DNA from: Emiliania huxleyi CCMP1516 | Lineage: Eukaryota | DNA: 64,000 nucleotides | Direction: 5' to 3' | Assembly: GCF_000372725.1 (NCBI RefSeq) | Contig: NW_005201192.1 | Span: 942,758-1,006,757, forward strand | Part shown: in pieces, positions 13,001 to 24,984 of the stretch | Layout of the letters: each line of letters starts with the position of its first letter | Position numbering within the stretch: the first letter of the stretch is position 1 | Program-made: the position numbers and the translations under genes | Notes under the pieces: model-generated | Database searches by the model: none | What the model was told of the DNA's origin: nothing | What the model saw: the letters and a program-made list of their open reading frames with translations, nothing else

Positions 13001-14556
13001 CACCTCCTCAAGGCGCTGACGGGTGAGCGCGCCGGGCTCGCAGTCTCGCAGGTTCGCACCGCCCCCTCCCCCTCTTCCCCCGCCAGACCTGACCCACTGC
13101 TCTCGCGGGGCAGATCGCGGTTCTCATCGCGGGGCTCTACATCTCCTTCGACGCTTCCTGGCGCCTTACTCTCTGCATCTTTGGCGTCATTCCTGCCATC
13201 GTGCTGCCCGTCGCCGTCCAGGCTAAGGTGGTGGGCAGGTACGCAGAGCGAGCCAACGCTTCCCTCGTGCGGGCTGCGTCGGTCGCCTCGGAAACGCTGC
13301 TGCAGCTGCGCACCATCGCCGCTTTTGGGCTCGAGGCGCGCGCCGTCGATGCTTTCACCGCCGAGCTGTCGCTGCCGTACAAGCAGGACGTCCTCAAGGG
13401 TGCTAGCTCGTCGCGAGCGACACGCCTCCGCGCGATGGGCGTCAGGGCGCACGCGTGGGACCCGTCTGTAGGCGTCGCCCTGGGCGTGGGGAGCGGCACG
13501 GCCGCCGGTACTATCCTTTTCGCCGCCGCCTTCCAGTACGTTGTGGGCGCGCTCTTCTTTGACGCCGACTTGATCAGCTTCTCCGACATCATGAGCTGCC
13601 TCCTCGTCCTCATCTTCATGGCCTTTGGCTTCGCCACGGTCTCGCGGGACGTCTCGGACCGCGCCGAGGCCATGCAGGCGGCACGGCGCGTGTACAAGCT
13701 GGTCTCGACGCTGTCGGCCATCGACGCCCTCGCCGGCACGGGCGCCGTGCCGCCGTCGGGGCGCGCCGCCGGCCGGATCGAGCTCGTCGAGGTGAGTTTC
13801 GCGTACCCGGCGCGGCGCGACGTGCAGGTGTATCAGGGCCTCTCGCTCACGATCGAGCCGGGCGCCACGGTCGCGCTCGCCGGCCCGTCGGGGTGCGGGA
13901 AGTCGACCCTCGTCGCGCTGCTCGAGCGGTGGTACGACGTCGACGGCGGCCGCGTCGTGCTCGACGGCGCCGACGTGCGCTCGCTGTCTGTCCGGTGGCT
14001 GCGCTCGCAGATCGGGCTGGTGAGCCAGGAGCCGGTGCTCTTCAACGGTACGATCGCGTACAACATCGGCCTCGGCGCGGCGGCGGCCGGCGAGGGCGGC
14101 GGCGAGGGCGGCGGCGAGGCGGCGGCGGCGGCGGTCGAGGTTGCGGCGCGCCAGGCCAACGCGCACGCCTTTGTGTCGGCGATGCCGGACGGCTACGCGA
14201 CCGAGGTTGGCGACAAGGGCGTGCAGCTGTCGGGCGGGCAGAAGCAGCGGATCGCCATCGCGCGCGCGCTGGTGCGCGACCCGCCGATCCTGGTGCTCGA
14301 CGAGGCGACGTCGGCGCTCGACGCCGAGTCGGAGCGCATCGTGCAGGCCGCGCTCGACGAGCTGCTACGCGCGCAGCGCCGCACGACCATCGTGATTGCG
14401 CACCGGCTGAGCACGATCCGCAACGCCGACAAGATCGCGGTGGTGAGCGGCGGGCGGGTGGTGGAGGAGGGGCCGCACGACGAGCTCGTGGACCGCGAGG
14501 GCGGCATCTACCGGTCCCTCGTGCTGCACAACAATGCCGGGCGCGTCGAGCTGTGA
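10075..14556 (+). CDS. Full-length ABCB (MDR/P-glycoprotein-type) transporter, TMD-NBD-TMD-NBD
   Basis: LYRFASKTDRW start of TMD1. Walker A GPSGCGKST, signature LSGGQKQRIAIARA, Walker B/D-loop ILVLDEATSALD and IAHRLSTI each occur twice. Introns only in TMD2 (about 12568-13113). Confidence 0.95.
11193..14524 (+). repeat. 803-bp near-perfect direct repeat encoding both NBDs (11193-11995 and 13722-14524)
   Basis: Offset 2529. Two differences found by eye (11268 C/13797 T; 11304 C/13833 T), both synonymous. Confidence 0.9.
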
Positions 14557-15166
14557 GCACCGCGGCGCGCGAGCGGGTGGGACACATGTGGCTTGTGGGA
14601 GATAGAGATCTAAGAGCGGGACGGGACCCGGACAGAGCACACGCGAGAGGGGGCAGCTGCGCGTGTGCCTGAGAGAGAGTGTGCGCTGTAGCATGCGAGC
14701 GGGCGCCGCGGCCGCAACCGCGCTCTCTCGCACAATACCGATCACACATATCACTGACATATGTGTGTGGGCTGTGTGGCTGCACCGGGCGCGGGCCGCT
14801 GCCGTGGGGCGAGAGAGGGAAAATTAATAAGGCGTGTGCGCGCCGCGCCGCGAACCGCCGGCCGGGCCCGCCGGCCCCGAGCTCTCTGCCCCCGCCCGCC
14901 CCAGGCCCCGCGGTTGTCTATCGCATGTCGCGGGGACCGCGGCGGACGGCGACGGGGCAAGCGCGGGGCGGGCGGCGGAGACTATTGCAATATAGAGGTT
15001 TGGTATGCTAAGTAAGGGACATTCATCTACTGTGGGTTTATGGTTTTTCAATGGGTGGTACTACGCAAGACTCAAAAAGACGCACATAACATGATGTGCG
15101 TCGCGCCAGAACCGTCCTATCCACTCTCTCGGCTATACGCCATCGCCCGCTAGTCGTTCGGCGCAT

Positions 15167-16110
15167 TCAGTCGCCGAGCATGGAGAGCGGCAGCTTTGAC
15201 AGCGTGCGGGAGTCGAGCGGCCCCTTCGGCGCGAGCACCTTCACGTTGATACCGTCCTTGACGAGGCGGCCCTCGGCCTGCAGCGCCTCGTACCGCTCGC
15301 GAGGCAGCTTCGTGAAGCCCCAGTTGTTGGAGACGCAGAGGCGCTGCCGGCCGGGGAACTTGTACTTTGCGCGGCGGAGCGACTCGAGCACCTGCGGCTT
15401 GTGCACGTCGCGGGCGCGCACCGAGAGCAGGATCTGCCCAATCTCGACGCGCGCAACCGTGCCGTACGTCTTGCCGAACGCGCCGCGCATGCCCGTCTGC
15501 AACCGATCCGCGCCGGCGCACGAAAGCATCTTATTGATGCGGAGCACGTGCCACGGGTGCACACGGATACGCAGGTGGAAGGACTCCTTGCCCGCGTTCT
15601 TCACCATGTACTTGTTGCACGCCACACGCGCCGCCTCGAGCGCCTCGGAAGAGAGCTGCTCCTTCTCCACAGACACCATGTGCGCGGCGAACGGGAAGAT
15701 GTCAACGGGGTACTTCTTCTTGCCCGCGTCGTAGATGCGAATTTTCGGGTCTGCGCGCGCGCGCGCGGCGGGGCGGGCGGGGTTGGCTCTCGCACAGCGG
15801 GAGCGGGGCAGAGTCCCAATGCCCCAGGCGCGACGTCCCGGCGGCAGCGAGGCGGGGGGAGGGGTCCCTCTCACCAGGGACGCCGCGGTTGAAGCGCGAC
15901 TTTGGGTACGGCTTGTTCTTCTGGTACCGATAGCACTGCAGGCAGAGGGAGCGGCGGACTCATGGGTGGACGTGGACGTCGCCATCTCCCATGTTCACGG
16001 CTGGGCCCGGTCGGGCCCTTTGGAGAGCCCGGCGCGCGTGCGGCGCGTCTGAAGCGATACGAAGGGGCTGCGACGTGCGGCGCGCGCGCCTTGAAGGGGC
16101 GCCGACCCAT
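15167..16110 (-). CDS. RPL10: 60S ribosomal protein L10 (uL16), 3 exons
   Basis: MGRRPFK | [20 protein letters not shown] | DPKIRIYD...[22 protein letters not shown]. The first intron has a GC donor. Confidence 0.97.
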
Positions 16111-16315
16111 CGCTGCTGCCGCCCTGCGCCGAACTCCTGCGAGCAGGGCGGGCGCGGCGAAATGACCCGATGGACGCGGCGGCGACTTCCCCGGCGCCTC
16201 AGAGAGGAGAGAGAGCGCGCGCGGCAGGCCAGCGCAGCGCGCGGCGTGGGAGCAATCGCATGGCGTGCGTGCGCTGAGGCCCCCTAGGGCCTAGACCTCT
16301 GAAGCACGGCACGCG

Positions 16316-16654
16316 CAGGTGGCGTTTATTTTTGCCCTTTCGGGTATCATGACCGGGTAGGTAGGGTAGGTCTGGCCCTCCCGTCGGGTTTTTCCCTCTC
16401 TTCAAGCTGGAATTTTCACAGCAGAAAAAGAAATTTTCGGCGGAAATCACGATGTCAACCCTCCCCAAATGGGTGATCTGATGCTTGTAGGGCTTGAGAG
16501 TGGCCTCCCAGAGAGTTTTTGTTTTGGCCTCCCATGTCACAAATAAGTAGGTAGGTAGGTTAGGTAGGTAGGGGCACCGCAGGGGCCGGCCAGGGTTTTG
16601 GAAGAATTTCATCATGAGGCCCGCCCAAGGCCAAGCAAAAATAAACGCCACCTG
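16316..16654. mobile_element. 339-bp MITE with perfect 20-bp TIRs and 7-bp TSD
   Basis: CAGGTGGCGTTTATTTTTGC (16316-16335) and its reverse complement (16635-16654); GCACGCG on both flanks; internal GTAG repeats. Confidence 0.85.
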
Positions 16655-17157
16655 GCACGCGAGGTCTTCCGTATTTCTTTTTGATACCGAAGGTCTACAT
16701 GTAGGCACGGGAAGCTACAAGCGCCAGAGCAGGGTCGTAGCTGTCTTGCGCGGCATTTTCTTATTTTATGCTCTAGGCGCCTGGACCTCTGAGGCACGAG
16801 AGGCAGCGAAACAAGAAACTAGAGCATCAAGACGCCTGGGCAGCTTCGCGATGCCTTCCGTGTTTCTTTTTGGTGCCGGCAGGCTGAAAGAGAATTCGGG
16901 CCCGCTGCCGCTCTGGACCTAGTGAGGCGATGAGAGGAGAGAAACAAGAAACGCTGGGTTTTTGCCAGAGCTCCAAATGGCCCGGCACTGACGACCGTCC
17001 CGACATAGACAGGCTCCGCTGGGGCTAGGCGACGCCTCGGCACCCATCCTTCCTCTCGTCTTGCTGAGCCACGTCACTGCGTAGAGTACGTATGAGCACA
17101 CGGTGCACTGCCGGTGCAAGTGCCCCCCCCCCCCCCCCCACCCCCCTCTCCTACCGC

Positions 17158-17538
17158 TCACTGGATGAGCATACGGTACGAGTCGCCCGCCGTCCACGAC
17201 GTCACGACGGTGTTCGTGTGGCCGTTGCCTGGCGGGCCGAGCGTGATGCTGTTGAGCACCACACCGCGCGGGACGCCTAGAGACAGCACCGGCGACGTGA
17301 GCGGCGTAGAGCTACGGAGGAACGACCTGCACCACTCACCCGCCGCGCGCAGCGCGGCGCCCTGCACGTCCGTGCCCGCAAGGCCGCCGTTGGCGTCGTC
17401 GGCCGGCACGGCGGTCGAGTCCGTGCCGTGGAACTGACGCACGTGACCCAAGCAAAACTCGACGCCGTCCTCGTCCTCGGCCACGATCCATGTGCGGGTG
17501 CGCGCGTACAGGTTGATCCACCACTGCACATTGCCCAT
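17158..17538 (-). CDS. Short hypothetical ORF in a repeat-rich interval
   Basis: Protein-like composition (MGNVQWWINLYARTRTWIVAEDEDGVEFCLGHV...), no recognised family. Confidence 0.2.
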   Translation of the reverse strand: MGNVQWWINLYARTRTWIVAEDEDGVEFCLGHVRQFHGTDSTAVPADDANGGLAGTDVQGAALRAAGEWCRSFLRSSTPLTSPVLSLGVPRGVVLNSITLGPPGNGHTNTVVTSWTAGDSYRMLIQ

Positions 17539-17981
17539 GGCACGGAGGGGGGTATGGGAAACTCCAAAGAGCAAGACCGTTGTTAAGCGTGCTTGAAGAA
17601 CTCTCCCAGGTCCGCGAAATCATCAAGGTCACTCTATTGGCCTCGCCACGGGCCACGCCCCACGGAACGCTGTGACCGATACGGCTTTATCCCGCTCGTA
17701 ACTTTCAGCAGCGCCCTAGAGAGGAGAGACGGAGAGAGAGCCGGCGGGGAAAGTCAAAGTGGGTCTTAAAGTGCGCGCGTTGCAGGGAGAGAGAGAAGTC
17801 GCCAAGTCCCACGTCAGAGCGGACGCGGTCCGCAGCGCAGCGGAGCACCGGGACGCGAGACGCGCAGCTCTTACGTACATTCCCGTAGGAGGACTCTGCT
17901 GACAGGGTTTGCGATGAGGAGCGACCCGAAGGGTTTCTCGGAGGTTAGTGCACCACTAACCGCCGAATTCTTTTTGCTCGG

Positions 17982-18844
17982 CTGAGGGAGGGTGTAGAGG
18001 ATGTAGAGTGTAGAGCGCACACAGTAGAGCTGTAGAGCTGTAGAGCGCTGTAGAGCTGTAGAGCTCTACATCCGCCGCGGGACGAAGCGCCTGCGTTGTA
18101 GAGCGATGTAGAGCGCGATTTTGTTGTAGAGTTTGTTGTAGAGGCTCTACAGCAAAACCGCGGGAAGGCAGTGACTCAAAGAGGTCGAGCCGCGCTAATG
18201 GGGTGTCTCCGAGCTTACTGGAGCTCTGATGGACGGCCCTGACTATCCCTGACACACAGAGAGTCACTCTGACGGCACACAACACCCTATAACTGCGTCA
18301 TGACCAGCCTGCCATGCGTCGCCGGTGCCGCATTCGTCGCAGTGCTTCTGTAGCAGGCGGTGGACTGTCGGCTGCGAGGACGGTCGCATTTGCGCGAGGC
18401 GAGGCGAGCATTGCTGCGCGTTGCATGCGCCATGCCTCGCGCCAGCGCGTGCGGGAGCTCCTGGCTGAGCGTTGAGTCCAGGCGAGTTGCGCTGGCCACG
18501 ATCGCTACGCCGAGCCGAGCTGACGCGCCGAGGCGCCGGCCAGTCGCAGCCGTGAGGCATGCCACAGCAGCAGAGGCACCTGCCACCCATTGGGCGGGCA
18601 GACAGAAGGCCAGGGCAGCACTGGCAAGTGCAACGCGCCTCATGTCGGAGAGCGACCGTCCTCGTTCGCCGCTTTTGATCTAGAGTTTGTTGTAGAGATT
18701 TCACGTTGTAGAGCGCCTCTACATCGCTCTACAACGCAGGCGCTTCGTCCCGCGGCGGATGTAGAGCTCTACAGCTCTACAGCGCTCTACAGCTCTACAG
18801 CTCTACAGCGCTCTACACTCTACATCCTCTACACCCTCCCTCAG
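17982..18844. mobile_element. Non-autonomous TIR element with ~130-bp TIRs built of TGTAGAG units and a 4-bp TSD
   Basis: Left end CTGAGGGAGGGTGTAGAGG, right end CCTCTACACCCTCCCTCAG; TCGG at 17978-17981 and 18845-18848. Confidence 0.85.
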
Positions 18845-19237
18845 TCGGCTACCTGGGGAATCCTCTTCAATTTTTGTTTAAGAGATAAGACGAGTCGAGT
18901 CTCGAGAGGATCTCCATCGGATCTGTGAGAGAGGTGGCTGTGCATGCAGCAACCAGCATGGCATTTGGCCACCATGTGTGGGAGAGAAAATTTGAAGACA
19001 GCGAACCAAGCCTCTCGCATTCGAGATTCGTAACAGGTAACTTCGCGCGCTCTTTTCTCTCCTACTTCTCTCTCCCAGTGGTGTACCTGTGTTAGTGCCA
19101 GTGCGCGCCAGTCCCGTGCCCAGTGTTGTGCGAGGGAGTTTCGTTGTAAAATTCTCTCTCCCACATCTTCCCACCAATATGAACATACAGTAAGACACGC
19201 CGAAGCCGCCGAGCGAGCGAGCGCGACGCTCCTCCCG

Positions 19238-20215
19238 TCACAACCTGCCCATCAGCACCGTGACCTGCCTCGCGTCCGCCCCGGTCAGAGCCGGCGGGCG
19301 GACGCGGAAGAGGAGCGCCGCGTTGGCTGCGCCGACCCTCGCCTCCACGAGCGCTCTGTCGCAGCCGGCGGCGGCGCGGCGCAGCGCCCGCTGCGGCTGG
19401 CTCCCGCGTGCGAGCCTCTCCTTGACGAAGGAGCCCGACAAAAAGGTCTTGAGGTAGATGGCGGCGCGCTCCAGCGTCGCCGTGCGCACTCGGTGGGGCG
19501 GCCGCGGCGGCGCCGCGCGCCGCAGCTGCTCGTTGAGCGGCAGCAACCTCTGCCGCCAGATCTTCTGCAGGTGGACGTGGTGGCCGTGCACCTCGTACGG
19601 CGCGCCGAGCGAGCGCCACAGGCTCGCCTCCAGCGAGACGGACTGGCCCTGCGACAGCTGGAAGGAGCCTCCGCCGTCGTCCCACGCGCAGTGCAGCAGT
19701 CCGCTCCCTACGACGCCACCCACACGGCCGGGCTCGCTGAAGAGCGTGATGCGATCGACGCGGTGCGCGCCGTGAAGCAGCACGTCGCCTCGCGGGAGGG
19801 ACGGCGCCGACCGCTCAATCTGTCGGAAGGCGGCCTGCGTCAGCATGTCGTCGGCGTCGAGCCGCACGAATGTGATCCACCCACACCGGCGCCGCTGCAG
19901 GAGTAGCTGCCGCGCCCCCGCCGCCGCGGCCGCGCCGCTCCTGAAGACGTGCGCAGCACCGCTCGGCCACGTGAGCGCGGCGGCGTCCAGCTGGGCCTCT
20001 GTTCGGTTGGACGAGTAGGTCCCGCCGAGGAGCACAAGGGCGTCGTGTGAGGCCGACGGGTGACCTGCTTGTGTGTGCCGGTGGAAGGCGGCCGCCGCCG
20101 TTACCGACGGCAGCACAAGCTCAGTCAGCCAGCGAAGGCCCTCGCGCACCCGCGCGGGTCGGTGCTCACCCCAGAGCGAGATCTTGACGGCGTAGCAGCG
20201 CGACGTTGGCTCCAT
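19238..20215 (-). CDS. Intronless putative glycosyltransferase (GT-A, rhamnosyl-transferase-like)
   Basis: ELVLPSV followed by WITFVRLDADD (DxD-type), resembling the LPSL...RLDDDD pattern of the putative rhamnosyl transferase family. Confidence 0.5.
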   Translation of the reverse strand: MEPTSRCYAVKISLWGEHRPARVREGLRWLTELVLPSVTAAAAFHRHTQAGHPSASHDALVLLGGTYSSNRTEAQLDAAALTWPSGAAHVFRSGAAAAAGARQLLLQRRRCGWITFVRLDADDMLTQAAFRQIERSAPSLPRGDVLLHGAHRVDRITLFSEPGRVGGVVGSGLLHCAWDDGGGSFQLSQGQSVSLEASLWRSLGAPYEVHGHHVHLQKIWRQRLLPLNEQLRRAAPPRPPHRVRTATLERAAIYLKTFLSGSFVKERLARGSQPQRALRRAAAGCDRALVEARVGAANAALLFRVRPPALTGADARQVTVLMGRL

Positions 20216-20518
20216 CGCGCCCGGCCAATACTCCCATAATGGGTGAGAACGGAGTTCTCGGGGTAAGCTCAGCTGTGAACTTCCCAGTTGTTTGCTTGCG
20301 CGCACGCCCAAGCTCGAGCGGCATCACGCAGAGCGAGCTCTGCGCAGGTCCCGCGACCTTCTCGGGCAGGAGCCCTAGATTTCTTGTCGTGGCTCCTAAA
20401 AAATAGCGGGGCCCTCCGGGCTGCCTCCGGGGTTGTGTTTTTGCGTAACAGCTCCACAGTCTAGAAGAAGAGAGATAAGCGTACAGCTGTCTACTTCAGC
20501 AAACAAACAAAAAAGGTG

Positions 20519-21040
20519 AAAAGAAAGAAAGAAAACAGACAACCCAAGGGAGGGATGGGAGGACGGCACGCGGGCACGCCGCCACCACACAGGGATTTTA
20601 AGGAGAGGAGTGTGGTGCTAGCCGTCGCCCACCCTAACCCTTGGGCGTCTGCCTCTTTCTATCTCCCTTCGCAGTCCCTCGCCGATTCTCGCTGCAACCT
20701 TCATGCCACCTCGCGGTCGCCCCAACTCTCGTCGTCCTCCCTCCTGTCGCTTCCTCCTCTGTCGCGTCGCTCTCGTCTGCACTGCCTCATCCTGCGACGC
20801 CGCCGCCGCCTGCCGATCCCTTGCTCTCGCGGCTTCTCCCGCCTTTCGGGGCAACTCTGCCCTGCTCGCGGCATATTTTGGGCCCTCGAGTTTATCGAGC
20901 TCTCCTCGCGCAAGGACGACTCTTCTGACGCCCACTGCGATCATTTGCCGCCAAGTTCTTTCGTTGCTCAGGTCCAGTCCGTGAATTGTTTTTCTTTTTA
21001 CTTTAGCCCATCCGAAGTGCGGGCTCCTTGCCGCCACCAA
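20519..21040 (-). mobile_element. 3' fragment of a non-LTR retrotransposon; 5' limit uncertain
   Basis: ORF remnant ending RVRVGDG*, short UTR, GTCTGTTTT(CTTT)n tail; homologous to 2309-2479. Confidence 0.6.
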
Positions 21041-21125
21041 CGCAGGCTCCTGCCGGAGTGCGGTCGCCCTCCCGACTCAAGGGGACCAAGGATAACCACC
21101 TCGAGACGTCGATAGAAGCCACAAG

Positions 21126-22839
21126 ATGGCTCAGTTTCGAGTCAACGGTCTGGAGTTTGCATGCCTGTTTCACAACGAGTCGTCGTCGGGCGAGCTCGAC
21201 ACCGTCTCTAGCTCGGACGACTCAGTGCCACACACCTTCTGGGCCGGCGTGATACTCTCCGTCATCGCTGATGTCATCATCGCAATCTCTCTCAACACGC
21301 AAAAGATCGCGCACAATCGAAACGCGGACCGCCAGACCGGGAGGCCATCGAAAGCGTTCATTCGTCTGCCTCTCTGGTGGGTGGGTATCACGCTCAACGC
21401 TCTGGGGGAGGTCGGCAACATGTTGGCCTACGGGCTGGCGCCCGCGGCTGTTGTGGCGTCTGTCGGCTCCGTTGGGGTCGTCGTCAATCAGATTATTGCA
21501 GTCTGCTGCCTCAAGGAGCAAGGCCGCAAGCGCGACCTCGGAGGCATCTGCGGCGTCGTCGCTGGAGTCGTGCTCATCATCTTCGGCGTTCCGGAAACAG
21601 AAAAGGAACTGACGGTGCAGGTCATGCTCTCCGCAGAGGTGTTCCTCGCGCCACGCGCGTACGTCTACCTCAGCGCGCTCGTGGTTGTCATCGCCGTCCT
21701 CGTCATCTTTGTCGAGCCGAGGCGCGCTGACGCTCATCGGCACACTCCTCGCGCCGCCGCCGCCGCCGCTGCCGCCACCGCCACTGCCGCCGCCGCCGCC
21801 GCCGCCGCCCCCCCGCACGGCACCGCCTCACCGCCGCGAATCGGCCTCTGCAGGTATGCAGAGCGGCACATCCTCGTCTGGCTGACGCTGTGCTCTGTCA
21901 TCTCCTCGATGACGGTGGTCGCATGCCGTGGCTTCTCCTCCCTTGTCACCCAGGTGGCCTGCCGGCCCCGCACCCCGCCGCTCGCCACCGTTCTAGCGCA
22001 CGTGAGCTAGCCCTCGGCCTCGCCCGTCACACACCTGACTTCACCCGTCGCTCGTGCAGGCGGCAAGTGACTGCGCCGCCGAGCATTGCGTCGACGACGT
22101 GCTGCGGCCGCCATGCTCTCAGACCCTCGCGCACTGGTTCTTCTGGCTGCTGCTCGTCGTGATCATCGTCACCGCAGTCTGGTCCGCCTACTACCTCAAC
22201 AAGGCGATGCAGTTCTTTGGCAACTCGGAGACGGTGCCCGTCTATTACTGCACTTTCATGCTCATGTCCATCGTCGGCGGCGCACTCGTCTTCAACGAGT
22301 TTGAAACCGTCCGAGGCGCGCAGCTGGCCATGTTTCTGAGCGGTGTGGTGCTCGCTATTCTCGGCGTCTGGCTCATCACATCTGGCCGCCACTCGTCGCC
22401 CGCGGCGGCGCTCAGCCAGAGCCCGTCGCGCCGTGTCAGCTCGTTCGCACGTGAGGCGAGTGGCGATTCGGTGACCAAGCCGCCGCCGGCCGCGCCCGCC
22501 TCGGGCGACTCGGATGGCACGATAGCCGTGGCGGGCGAGGAGAAGGGCTCGGGCTCGCGTCCGCACTCGAGTGCCGACCCCTCGCCTCCCTGGACGGTGC
22601 GGGTCGATGCGGCGGCGCCGCCGCCGCTGACAGTGCCGAGCTCGCAATCGGAGGATGTGCTGGTCGCCAACCCAATCGCTTCGCTCATGGGTGCTCTGTC
22701 GCCGGGTCGAAAGGAGCCATCCAGCGCGGGGAGCAGCGCGCTGAGCAGAGCGCGGCAGCAACGTCTTTTTTCTTCCTCCACCCAGCGAGCATTGGCAGAG
22801 GCGTGCGACGAAGGCGACGAGGCCACTGTCAGTGTCTAG
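21126..22839 (+). CDS. NIPA-family magnesium transporter, multi-exon
   Basis: ISLNTQKIAH, LWWVGITLNALGEVGNMLAYGLAPAAVVASVGSVGVVVN, YLNKAMQFFGNSETVPVYY. Confidence 0.9.
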
Positions 22840-23403
22840 AAACGCTCTCGCACACATCTGTGTATCTCGAACACTGCTACGCCCGAGTTGTTGCTGATAT
22901 ATAATGATTCTGTTTGAGCAGTGGAAAAGATCTCCCATACCCTTCCGAGATTCAGATACGGCTCTATGAACCCCCCCCCCCCCGCCCCGTCGTCTCGGGT
23001 CGGCGCTCCAGCCCCATATGTCTACAATCTAGGCGCAGGCCGAGGCCGCGCACACGCGCACCGCACCGCACGCCAACGCCGAGAAAAAACTTTCTACGGT
23101 GTACGTGAACGCACACACTAAGCCACAGCTCGCGCCCCAGGCTTCAAAACATCAAGGGAACCCTGCACAAAGAGTCAAAGACGGGCACATGAGCGCGGGG
23201 GGCCACCAAAAGCTCCGTTTACCCCCATCTCACAGCTGTTCGTTTTTACATGCATTAAATTTATTCTACGCGCAACGGCAAAACGCAGCAGTCAACATGT
23301 CAGCAGTCTCAGATGGCACATGGAAGAATTCTAAAACGTTCCACCTGACAAGTCTGCTACGGGAGGGCAGGGGGGGGGGGGGGGGGCAGCGCATCGCGGC
23401 GGC

Positions 23404-24730
23404 TTAGATATAATAGTCTTCGAATGGCGGCCCGCGAGATCGCTTGTGTACTTGGAGCGCCGCCCGCATCTCCTGCACCACGCCAAAGTAGGCGTCCTGC
23501 TTGGCGACGTTCTCATCCTCCAGCGGGTCGACGGTGTGGTTGAATAGCATAAACTCCGTCGGGTGCGTCTGGCGGCAGTCCCTGCTGCAAGTCTCGGCCG
23601 AGTAGCAGTGCTTCCCCTTGCAAAAGTCGGAAAACTGCATGTCGCGATAGCGGATAGTATCGGCATCCAGGTACCTATGTGGCGAGGTGTATCCGTTAGG
23701 GTGCCGTGCCGGCAATGCACCGGCCGGCGCCGCGTCCGCACCGCGCGAAGACAGCGGTTTTCGAGGTGGCATTCTTGTTTATCATCAGCGGCTTCATCGA
23801 CCTACCCTGGACATGCGGCGGCACAGGCACACCAACAAGGTCGAGGATGGTCGGGTAGAGGTCGATGTTCTCCACGAGCGCGGGAATGCGCGACGGCAGG
23901 TAGCCGGGAGCCTGAGAGCGAGCGTGTTGGGCGGTGATGGCGGGAGGCGATGCGTACCTGTGTGTGCGTGCGTGCGTGTGTGCGTGTGTGTGTGTGTGGG
24001 GGGGGGGGGGGGCGTGTGTGTGTGTGTGTGCCGCGCGCGGCGCGCGCGCGCGCGCGTTCGAGAGAGTGAGAGAGAGAGCGTGTAGGAGTCTGGGGGGGCC
24101 TTGATGATCATTGGCACGTGCAGGTCGGTCTCGTACACCGTGTGCTTCGCCCACGAGCCCTTGTTGCCGAGCTTATAGCCGTGGTCGCTCGCAAAGGTGA
24201 TGATTGTCTCGTCGTACATTTGCCGCTCCTTGAGCTCGTCGATGAGATATCCTACAAGGTAGGGTCGGTCAACCTCGGGCGTGCTTGCGTGATGGACTGC
24301 CGAGCACGAAAGACACTCGCTCACCAATGAGTGTGTCGACGTACGTGATGCAAGCGTAGTAGCCGTGAATGAGTTCACGGGAGAGGCCCTCAGGCAGGTT
24401 CCGCTGGCCGCCGTTGGGCCCGCCGCTCCCCGCGTTGTAGTCGCCCCGCTCGATCTCGTTGTACGAGAGCAGCTCAAAATAGTGTACGGAGCGCGGCGGC
24501 GCCCCGACAGGTAACCACGGATTTGGTGCGAGGAAGATATCGGAGGCGCTGTACATGTCCCAGTACCTGCCGGGCGTGTTTACAGGCGAGTGAGCACCGG
24601 CGTCTGGAGCCCTCCTGGCAGAAAGCGTGTCTCTCGCGCAGGCGGGAGTGGCTGCGGCGCACTTTTTGGGGCACGCGAAGGGAAGGTGTGGGCGGTTGTA
24701 GCCGGCGCCGATGAAGAAGGGTGTCTTCAT
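23404..24730 (-). pseudogene. C-terminal half of an iduronate-2-sulfatase-like sulfatase; catalytic N-terminal half absent
   Basis: PFFIGAGYNRPHLPF, HGYYACITYVDTLIG, FASDHGYKLG, LVENIDLYPTILDL, DPLEDENVA. No CxPxR motif seen upstream. Confidence 0.7.
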
Positions 24731-24929
24731 TGCCTTGGTAGCGGCGATGGCGACGGCGACGGCGGTGGCGGCAGCGGCGGCGGCGGCGGCGGGGGCGGCG
24801 GGCTGGTAGTGCAAGCGGGAGCGCAGCCGCTACACGCCTCCCAATTGCACTTGTAGGTCCACGGATTGCTGTTTTCCAGGCAAAAGGGACCGCACTGCGA
24901 CATAGGCGGCGAGGGCGGCGGCGGCGGTA

Positions 24930-24984
<55 letters not shown>

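Noticed and set aside
15937..16089. snoRNA in RPL10 intron 1
   Set aside because: Two short hairpins are possible, but no convincing C/D or H/ACA boxes.
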